A stretch of DNA of 64,000 nt, taken from Porphyridium purpureum. Taxonomy: Eukaryota. The DNA lies in assembly GCA_008690995.1 (NCBI GenBank), contig VRMN01000003.1, positions 186,001-250,000 of the forward strand, read 5' to 3'. Position numbers and translations under genes: made by a program. Positions 56,211 to 64,000 of the stretch are shown piece after piece (the stretch's first letter is position 1; every line of letters begins with the position of its first letter). Under the pieces are notes generated by a model, which was given only the letters and a program-made list of their open reading frames with translations, did no database searches and was not told the origin of the DNA.

Positions 56211-56348
56211 AGCACCATTCTTTGAGTGGGGATGGAAGCCACGCAATCGCGGAGCAACAGTAGCGCCACCTCAGCCACTGATTGATCTCAACTCTTGTCC
56301 GTTTCTTTTTTTTAACATTTCTCCACCTTATTTTGCGACTTTCGAACT

Positions 56349-57836
56349 CTAGGGTTCTTTATGTGGTTGATCCGGCTGCCCGTCCCTGCCGTAGTCGGTG
56401 TCGTTGGCTTCGAGGCTGCGAAGGCGTTGGACGGCGTCGAGCACCCAACGATCGAGGACATCCTGAAGAATCTCTAAATTTGCCTTTCCATGCGCACTAT
56501 GTGCTGATGATGCGACAGCAGGACCTGCGCGAGCTTTGGACTTGCCCTTGCTGCCAGAGCGCTGATCGAAACTCAGGTACTTGCCGGACTCTAGATTTGA
56601 CGAAATGTCGACCTTAGTCCTGGGTCCAGTGTCACAAAGCCACTCATGGGAAAGCGCGTCCTGCACTGTATATCGCAGTGCTGGGTCTTTTTCAAGCAGG
56701 CCACTGATTAAGCCTTTGGCTTCACTCGAGATCAGGTCCCAGCGCGGATCCCCAAATGAAAGTTCGGCCTTGGCAATTTTGGCATATGTTTCGGTACGAT
56801 TGGCACCGGCAAACGGAAGCTGCCCAGACAGAAAGAAGAACAGACTCACGCCCATGGCCCACAAATCCACTTCGACCCCATATCGCCTGCCAATAATCAT
56901 CTCGGGTGACAAAAAGTAGGGCGTTCCGACAGGTGTCGTCATCATTTCGTCGCTGGCACCTGTCAAAACATTCGACAATCCAAAGTCAGTTAACTTGGCC
57001 TGAAAGTCTTCTGACTTGCGATCAGGTCGGTCGCTAGACCTCTTCCGGTGAGACTCCGGCCGCGCCGCCAAAAAATTGGCAGGCTTAATATCACGATGCA
57101 CAATAGACTTTTCGTGCAGATACGAGAGCGCACTGAAAAGAGACGCGAAGCATTCGGCTGCAACAGCTTCCGTGAAGGCGCCCCGCTCGACCAGTATTTG
57201 AAACAAGTCACCAAACTCGGCGTACTCCATTATAATCATGATCTCTGAGGCGGATTCAAAGATGTCGATCACAGTCACGATACTTGGGTGCCGAATAGAG
57301 CGCGCGATGGCTAGTTCACGGCTAATCTGCAAGCTGGCATGCTTATTCGAAGAAGCACTCTTCTCGATTCTCTTCACAACGTACGTCTCGTCTTCGAGCG
57401 CGTCTCTGCTTTGGCAAAGAAATACTTGAGCAAAAGCACCCTTGCCGATCTGGGCACCAACCTTGTAAAAGTCTTCTAGTCTCTGAGTGGACGCTTCCCG
57501 AAATGCCTTAACCCAGCGCTGCCTATCGCTCTCGTTCGTGGCAAAGAACTCGAGATCACGGTCGGCCATGCGGACAAACAACTGGCTTGGCTTTGGCCCC
57601 GCCTCCACGACGCAGTCCAGCACCGTCAGCTCCCACGATGGTTTCGCATCGACATCCTTGCGTGACGACAGCACGGAGCCGCGCAGTCGCAGCAATCGCA
57701 TTTTGGACCCCATGCGCTTGCCAACTTTGCGCACCCAGCCTTCCGTCAGACGCGCATATCCGTGGCGCAGAAGCGCCGACGCGTTGTACGACGCCTTGGC
57801 CTCCAAGACCTGGTATGCCTCGTGGTGCGCATCCAT
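56349..57836 (-). CDS. PH-domain CAMK-group Ser/Thr kinase
   Basis: PH domain (EGWVRKVGK...FFATNESDRQRWVKAF); IGKGAFAQV, HRDIKPAN, DFGLS, GTPYFLSPE. Confidence 0.9.
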   Translation of the reverse strand: MDAHHEAYQVLEAKASYNASALLRHGYARLTEGWVRKVGKRMGSKMRLLRLRGSVLSSRKDVDAKPSWELTVLDCVVEAGPKPSQLFVRMADRDLEFFATNESDRQRWVKAFREASTQRLEDFYKVGAQIGKGAFAQVFLCQSRDALEDETYVVKRIEKSASSNKHASLQISRELAIARSIRHPSIVTVIDIFESASEIMIIMEYAEFGDLFQILVERGAFTEAVAAECFASLFSALSYLHEKSIVHRDIKPANFLAARPESHRKRSSDRPDRKSEDFQAKLTDFGLSNVLTGASDEMMTTPVGTPYFLSPEMIIGRRYGVEVDLWAMGVSLFFFLSGQLPFAGANRTETYAKIAKAELSFGDPRWDLISSEAKGLISGLLEKDPALRYTVQDALSHEWLCDTGPRTKVDISSNLESGKYLSFDQRSGSKGKSKARAGPAVASSAHSAHGKANLEILQDVLDRWVLDAVQRLRSLEANDTDYGRDGQPDQPHKEP

Positions 57837-58331
57837 CGCGAGTCCACGCTGCCTCTTTTCCGTCCTTGATGGTTGCTTTTCCCAGTCCCAGAGCTTCGTT
57901 TCTTTTCCGGACTCCCTGGCAGCGCAAACGGGAATCGTGTCGCTAATTCACCCATGTTTACTAATAACGTGGCAACTTGGAGTACGGCTCGATTCGTCGA
58001 TTGCACAGAAAGCCGGAACGGATCGATCACCGTTTACGTTTTCCTGTCACACAGAGAGAAAACCATAGTACGGCCGACTCTGGCCATTGGCCAGAAGTGG
58101 GAAGTTCAAAGAACGTAAATCAAAACACACGGCACGATCTATCTTGCCGCGTGCACAAAACCTTAGTCAAAGTCAATGGGTCTGCTTTCTTTACCGAATA
58201 TCCTCCGATGAGCGCGCTGACCCGTCGCTGGCTCGCGGGCGAGTGATGAAGTCGCTCGCAGTATCCGTGGGGCGGTCGGCGAAACAGACAAGGAATAAGC
58301 GCTGAGCTGAGATAAGCCACACACACTTGCT

Positions 58332-58982
58332 CTAGGCAGCAGCGGGTACTTTCCTGTACATGGACAACACGGCGTAAATGTTGGAAAACGCCTCGTAGAT
58401 CTGCTCGCGCGTTTTAGCGCCGGTAAGAACAACCTTACCGGACACAAAAATGAGTAGCACTACGCGCGGTTCTTGCATGCGATAAATCAAGCCAGGGAAA
58501 ATTTCGGGCTCGTAAGAGCAGAAATTATTGTGGGCGTGCTGCATTGGTTCGAGCCGAATCGGAAACGCCACGTCCACGCTGGCAACAATATTTTGCACTT
58601 TGAACTCTGAAAACTTGATGTTCGCGTAGTTCAGTTTCTGGATAATGCGCGCGTACTTACGGCTGGCCAGCTTCGCTTGATCTTCGCTTTTCGCGCCTGT
58701 CACGACTATCTTTCCAGACGAGAAAATCAGCGCTGTGGTCTTTGGATCTCGGATGCGCATAATCACAGCAGCGAAACGCTTCGGATTGTACTCAGCGTTG
58801 CGTGCTCGTAGGGCGATTTCCTTCAGGTCCAGCTGCATGCCGAGATTTGTCGTTGCAACCACATTTTGAATGGACGGTCTGATCCCATCTGTTCGTTCAG
58901 TCAAGGACCGAGGAACGCCGTTTCCTTGCTTGTGCGCGTCACCCGTCGGCTCCTGCTGCTCCCGGTCCCCTGTCGCGCTCAT
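58332..58982 (-). CDS. TBP: TATA-binding protein
   Basis: [66 protein letters not shown]. Confidence 0.97.
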   Translation of the reverse strand: MSATGDREQQEPTGDAHKQGNGVPRSLTERTDGIRPSIQNVVATTNLGMQLDLKEIALRARNAEYNPKRFAAVIMRIRDPKTTALIFSSGKIVVTGAKSEDQAKLASRKYARIIQKLNYANIKFSEFKVQNIVASVDVAFPIRLEPMQHAHNNFCSYEPEIFPGLIYRMQEPRVVLLIFVSGKVVLTGAKTREQIYEAFSNIYAVLSMYRKVPAAA

Positions 58983-59640
58983 TTTGGTTCGATCCAATTA
59001 GTTTCGCTACGAGGTTCCCACTGGCGCTGATCCACTTATACACAAGGGCTTGCGCCCGTTTCTCGGGTGTTTGCGTCTACGAGCCGCTGCGTCGTCGCAC
59101 AATCCTACGCTTCTAAAATCGGTAGAATGACTCAATCGCGCTGAATGATGGTCTTGGTCTCCCGCTGAACTAGACTTCTCCAAAGCACGCAAGGGAATCC
59201 GAACGCCGCCTTGCCAGCCAACGGAGCTTTCAAGACCACTTCTCCGGACAGTTTCGTACACAAGAAACCCCTTCGCCCACAGAAGCTCCCTTTCCTCGAT
59301 TTCAATCGTCCCGCATACTTTCTCGCTCCCCGTGCGAACACGCCTTGTCCACGTCCGTTCCCTCAGTCAGTAGCTCCACGCACTTTTCCGACCACGAGTC
59401 GCGATTTCCTCCGCACGCGCCGCGCCGCCCGTTTTCAGCCGCGCTCAATACCGCGACAGCGACGATTGAGGAAGAGAGAGTTAGAGAGAGTGTCAGGACT
59501 GCTCACCCCGTCTTCCCCTTCTCGTTCTCCTACAAGGCGTGCAGGATCACGCAATTCAAACTGTCTCACTGCGTTTCGGATCCCTTCCGCTTCCCACACA
59601 CTCCCGGCCGCTGGTATAAAAGGCACAACCCAAGAAAGCG

Positions 59641-59960
59641 GGGTTATGTGGAGAGAGAGCGCAAGGCCTCAATTATTGCAGGCAGTCCGGGTTGGTGGCG
59701 AGACGTGACTGCGAGAGATGGCGCGTGACGGCGGGACGCAGAGGGAAGGTAGCAAGCAAGAAAAGGCATTAAACCCGGCGGCAGTATAGTTTCGCCATGG
59801 GCTAAGCATCTCTTCTCCGCGTGGTTTCGTTTCCCTCGCGCGCTGAATCACAACGGCTTTTCTTGAGCTTGCTTCCCTCCTTGTGCCTGTCGTGACGCCA
59901 CGGGCGACCCACGAGCCATCCACTCGTTTGCAGCCCGCCTCTGTGGACGTGACTGGGGAT
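59641..59960 (+). ncRNA. Candidate structured non-coding RNA, family unidentified
   Basis: TATAAAA at 59615; imperfect stem of about 40 bp (59719-59767/59856-59900) with G-U pairs favouring the plus strand; several additional hairpins. Boundaries approximate. Confidence 0.4.
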
Positions 59961-60058
59961 GCGAATGTCGTAAAATGATGTACTATATTCTTCAGGAGCG
60001 TATAATAATAATATCGGCTACAATCCTAGTACGTGTCGCCCAGCGACTGCATGAACCG

Positions 60059-62293
60059 TCAGTCTTCTGTTGGAAGCGAGGCGGAGATGCTTTCGTCCGC
60101 TTCCGGCACGCTCTTGCTTGATGAGCTTCGTCCCCCAGACTGAATCGAGGAATCCTCGTCGTCCGAAATGCACATGTCGAGATACTCACGAGTAAACGTG
60201 GAGCGTCGAAGCAGAGCGAGCAGCTCCGAGTCCGCCCTTTGCATGCGATACGCAGCCGAGTCTTTCAGCTCGGCCGTTTTCAGGATCAGCCGATGCTGCG
60301 TGAGATCTGCCTTGAGTCGTTGCAAATCCTCGGTGATGTCCTTGCGTAACTTTTCGACTCGCTCATGCAAACCTTGAGCTGTTTCCTTGAGGTCATGCCC
60401 CAACCGCGTCTGGCCTTGGACAGCTCGAGATCGCAGCTTGGACGTTACTTTCCGGATCACGGGCGAATCCGATACCGCTGACACGATCTTTGAGTTACGC
60501 ACCTGGCGCTCTAGTGCTGTCGCGTCACGCAATCCGCGATACTTGCGCTCCATGTGGGGTACCTCCACCAAATGCACAAAAATGTACATAGCTAGATTTG
60601 AAAACAGCGCCACCCAGAAAACGCGCCATGAACGCGTCAGTAGAGCGACCCCGTAGTGACCTAGAAAACCTAACACACAGTCTGGGTTATTCAAGTAACG
60701 GTAGATACCGTCATATTTAGGTTCCGTCTTCCCGTCGAGGTCCAGGAAAAAGTCACCATAAAACCAGCTTTCTGGACCCAACGCCTCTGCCGCAGAAGTC
60801 ACAATGTACATCGAGAACGCAATAAGCGTGCAACCTAGGCTCATGGTGGCCATGATCGACGCCGAAAAAATTGTGCTCCACGACAGAGACGCAAGCTTTG
60901 GCGTCGCAATCTTGCATGCAAAAATTACGAAAGAAACGTGGTTCATGACAGTCGAAAAGTTGAACAGACGCTTCCAGAATGCGTACGCTTCTGTCTCTGT
61001 GTAGCCCTTAGCGATAAACCGCTTCATCCACCACTGCTGTCTCGATTGCAAGTGCAGAATCAACGACAGACACACAAAATGAAACAGTCGCCATAGCATC
61101 AAATGCGTTGTGTGCCATGCGAGGCCAAGCGACGTAAATAGGGCCAGCAAGATCTGTACTGCAACTGAGTAGACCAGCGCAAAATCCGTCGGTCGAAACA
61201 AATCAAGAAACTTGAAGCCAAGCGCTTCTGGGGCGTGACCCAGACGCGCCGCGAGTCGGTTCATTTCTAGTTGCTTGAGCTCCTGCTGCGATGGGCCGTA
61301 AATTTTCTGGATATGCGGCTCTTCGCAGTAGACGAGAAACAGAATTTGTCCAAGGTGAGCCAGCAGTGAAACAATGAGCAGACTAGACGAGCGGCACAGC
61401 ACGGCAAAGCCATAGTACGCCGCATAGCCAACCGTGTACATTGGATGCGGGAACATTTCAAAAACGCCGTCGAACTTGAGTTCGCCTTGCATAATGAAAA
61501 AGAAGTCGCCCCAGTACCACGCAAAGTCTCCGACACAATCGTGTGCGGATGTCTTGGACCACAGCGAGAATGCAAGCAGGCCCAGACCCGTGGTCAAGCA
61601 CACGAGTAGAATGAAAGGGTTCTCGTCGAGAGGATTGAACAGCTTGATGCACAAAATAACGTACGACAGCCCATCGTTGGCAAGAATCAGCATGGATAGC
61701 ATGCGAAACAGCAACCATGCATTAAACTCCACTGGCATCTTGCTCCAGCTGTACTCGTTGCCCATGGATGATTTGACGAGCCGCTTCATCAGCAGTGCGC
61801 GATCCGGCGATGCCTGGCGGACCCACTCGGTGATGAACCGCGTGCGGCTCTGTCGATTCAGAATGAGGCCCAGCCCGAGGTTGTACGAGAGGCGCCAGAA
61901 CGCAAAGTGGGCGACGTATACCCAGAGAGGTACGTGCCGCATGGCAAGCGCCAGGGCAACATGGTACCACATGACCAAGTTGACGAGCACTTCGGCAATA
62001 CCCCAATTCCGCGGCTTGAGCAACGCATCGAACATCGACTTGGTTTCGGGCACCACGAACGTTGTTCCGTCCGCCACGCGACCCGTCTTGACCTTTTTCG
62101 CGCCAGTACGGCCGCCGACTTGCGCGGGCTGCCTTTCGCCTTCGTGCGCAGCACAGCGCTGAGCGTGCTTCCCGTTCACGCTCGCATGCGCGGTTGGCGC
62201 GACATGCGCATCCATCGGAGCGGGCGCGCTCGTCGTCGGCACGCGATCGGCAATATGTGCGACCATGCTTGGCGGCGTCGGGGTATCCTGCAT
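60059..62293 (-). CDS. Phosphatidylethanolamine N-methyltransferase, CHO2-like (duplicated PEMT domains)
   Basis: FVVPETKSM, FWRLSYNLGLG, PVEFNAWLLFR, VGDFAWYWGDFF, FDGVFEMFPHPMYTVGY; second half WFYGDFF...GIYRYLNNP...VEVPHM. Confidence 0.9.
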   Translation of the reverse strand: MQDTPTPPSMVAHIADRVPTTSAPAPMDAHVAPTAHASVNGKHAQRCAAHEGERQPAQVGGRTGAKKVKTGRVADGTTFVVPETKSMFDALLKPRNWGIAEVLVNLVMWYHVALALAMRHVPLWVYVAHFAFWRLSYNLGLGLILNRQSRTRFITEWVRQASPDRALLMKRLVKSSMGNEYSWSKMPVEFNAWLLFRMLSMLILANDGLSYVILCIKLFNPLDENPFILLVCLTTGLGLLAFSLWSKTSAHDCVGDFAWYWGDFFFIMQGELKFDGVFEMFPHPMYTVGYAAYYGFAVLCRSSSLLIVSLLAHLGQILFLVYCEEPHIQKIYGPSQQELKQLEMNRLAARLGHAPEALGFKFLDLFRPTDFALVYSVAVQILLALFTSLGLAWHTTHLMLWRLFHFVCLSLILHLQSRQQWWMKRFIAKGYTETEAYAFWKRLFNFSTVMNHVSFVIFACKIATPKLASLSWSTIFSASIMATMSLGCTLIAFSMYIVTSAAEALGPESWFYGDFFLDLDGKTEPKYDGIYRYLNNPDCVLGFLGHYGVALLTRSWRVFWVALFSNLAMYIFVHLVEVPHMERKYRGLRDATALERQVRNSKIVSAVSDSPVIRKVTSKLRSRAVQGQTRLGHDLKETAQGLHERVEKLRKDITEDLQRLKADLTQHRLILKTAELKDSAAYRMQRADSELLALLRRSTFTREYLDMCISDDEDSSIQSGGRSSSSKSVPEADESISASLPTED

Positions 62294-62595
62294 GGACAGG
62301 TTGGGAGTCTTGCTGACGACTCGCCTCTCGCACACCGCACCCTCGCCTCTTCGGAAGACGATGTGCCCTTGATACAACATTCGCGCGTGCGTACGTGCGC
62401 AAGTGCGCAAGTGCGCAAGGCGCCAAGCGGCGGAAGATAGTAAAACGTGATTGTTCTGCTATGAATTTGCGTCGCGGGGCGTCCAAATCCCAGCCAGTTC
62501 AAACGCGGGGGTGGGCGTGAGGTGGTAAGCGGCTTACTGACTGCCGGGTACACTGCAAAATGGACGGCTAGGGTTGCACAGAGAGAGGGCGGGTA

Positions 62596-63346
62596 CAGTC
62601 CTGGCCAAGTTAGTTGTCCCACGGGATTAAATGAAGTGTTTTGTGAACACCTCGGCTTTTCGACTAGGTTGTCGTCTATTTTGATAACACAAAAAGAATC
62701 AGCGGCACGGAAAATGGGTAGGGGCGTCCAAAGGTATCGTAGAACAAAACGACAGGTGTGAGAAGTGCCGAAAAAGAGAAAAACAATAAAACAGGTTGAT
62801 GAGGACAAACACGCTTATGAGAAGAGATTTAACTGTCGTAACGAAACTAGTACTTGGTTTGACGGCCACCGGCGTCGATGCAAGCTTGCAGGCGACGGGG
62901 CATGCTCTCGAAAAGTGCCTCAACATACTTTGGCGCTTCCGTTCGCCAGCAGTCATAGATAACTGGAAGCATGTCATCGAGGCGCATAAACTGGCGTCCT
63001 TGCCAATGCACACGGTGAGAAACGATCGCCCACAGATTCTCAACTGGATTCAAGTCCGGCGACCGCGCTGGCCAATCAAGCAGTGCGATTCCGACCGTGT
63101 CAAACAGCTCGCGCGTGCTCAGCGCTGCATGTCCGGGCGCATTATCTTGCTGAAATATGAATGGGCAATCCGGCTGATCAAGGCGCCAAGGCAGTTCCAA
63201 TGCCCAGGGCATCATGACGTTCAGCATAACCTGCCGATATCGCTCGGCATTCAGCGAGCCTTGAACACGATGCAACGTACTCAGTCCGTGCCACGACATG
63301 GCACCCCAAAACATTGCGGATCCTCCGCCACTGTGGCGACGCATGG
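62596..63346 (-). mobile_element. Tc1/mariner (DD34E) DNA transposon, 3' portion, interrupted by an LTR insertion
   Basis: TA (62594-5) followed by the Tc1-like terminus CAGTCCTGGCCAAG; transposase C-terminus at 62847-63346. Confidence 0.88.
62847..63346 (-). pseudogene. Tc1-type transposase, C-terminal fragment
   Basis: GGGSAMFWG, FQQDNAPGH, WPARSPDLNPVENLW (34 residues between D and E), SMPRRL...GG.TKY; the 5' part is cut off by the LTR. Confidence 0.9.
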
Positions 63347-64000
63347 TGTTATCCGTTCGACCCCAGTCACCTAGAACGGTTCGGTTAATCCAAAACCGGT
63401 AAGCCGTTAAACCGGTAGACCGTTGAACCGTTTCTAGAAGCTTCTAGAGGTTCCAGAACCTTCTAGACGCGCGCAGAAATGCCAATGATTTGCATTGTCA
63501 TTTCTCTTGGCGCCTTGCTGTCCCTAGCGGAAGTAAGGGTATAAAAAGGCGACGCGCCTGCCCGGACTAGCCGGTCAGGTCTTGCTCGGAGACAGAAGAG
63601 GTAAGAAGAAGCAGAGTAAAAGGCACAGCATTGGTAACATTTGGTATCATCGCTGGTTACCTGGGGTTGCTCTAAGGTTCTCTTAGAGTTTCTCTGGGGT
63701 TGCCTGGGTGGGAGAGTCTGCGGGTAAGGGGGTTCGAGTAAGTCGATCCGGAGGGTGCGACGGGTGGAAGCGGGTCTCAGTCTTGGCTGTACGATAGGCC
63801 TAGGCCTTGACGGCGGACTCGCTCTCTGCCTTAGCACGTATTAGTAGGCAAGAGCCGTAACGGTCAGCCTTCACTAGGATTCATCCTAGTGTCGCACGAC
63901 CACCTTTGCGAAGGTAGGCGCCGAACACCTCCATACAAGATCGCATCTATAATCCCCGCCCCAGTGCAAAGGCCCGGGCCGCTCCCCATCCAGCGCAACA
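63347..64000 (+). mobile_element. LTR retrotransposon 5' end: LTR 63347-63639, PBS from 63642, leader to the window end
   Basis: TGTTA...TAACA termini (293 bp), internal CCAAT at 63482 and TATAAAAA at 63540, then TT plus TGGTATCA (tRNAiMet-type PBS). Confidence 0.82.
63431..63469. promoter_or_regulatory. Heat-shock element array in the LTR U3 region
   Basis: TTC-TA-GAA-GC-TTC-TA-GAG followed by TTC-CA-GAA-CC-TTC-TA-GAC (alternating nGAAn units), 70-110 bp upstream of the TATA box. Confidence 0.7.

Noticed and set aside
59610..59626. U5 loop-1-like GCCTTTTA on the minus strand
   Set aside because: It is the reverse complement of a TATA box; no matching stem or Sm site.
62765..63374. Plus-strand ORFs over the Tc1 element
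   Set aside because: Antisense to the transposase; no domain.
63372..63410. Helitron-like 3' end (hairpin plus CTAG on the minus strand)
   Set aside because: No A/T insertion context, and the segment is better explained as LTR interior (TGTTA...TAACA plus PBS).

Overview
Gene-dense, intron-poor, GC-rich eukaryotic nuclear DNA, most likely from a unicellular red alga. The evidence is a nuclear CbbX with an 'MAFV' transit peptide, SPO11-3/TopoVIA, a TDY-type MAPK, and only 3 introns that I could resolve in about 33 genes; a Porphyridium-like host is an inference. The genes are mostly housekeeping and cell-cycle genes (U2AF65, H3/H4, UBC9, CCT4, RPC3, TIM44, CKS1, RPA1, PP2C, VPS41, mtnB, DP, TBP, CHO2-like PEMT) plus bacterial-type transporters (NhaC, MgtC). 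Highlights not visible in the ORF track: (1) a tRNA-Gly(UCC) gene split by two introns, one of them in the T-loop with a bulge-helix motif; (2) a Tc1/mariner element interrupted by an LTR retrotransposon whose LTR carries a heat-shock-element array and repeated AACGG cores; (3) a membrane pyrophosphatase with a Na+-PPase-like signature and a spliced polyproline N-terminus; (4) a TATA-preceded, highly structured ncRNA candidate at about 59.64-59.96 kb; (5) a recurrent promoter motif GTACAGT, plus telo-boxes; (6) a Ki-67-like FHA gene running off the left edge. All calls were made by eye; no searches were run.
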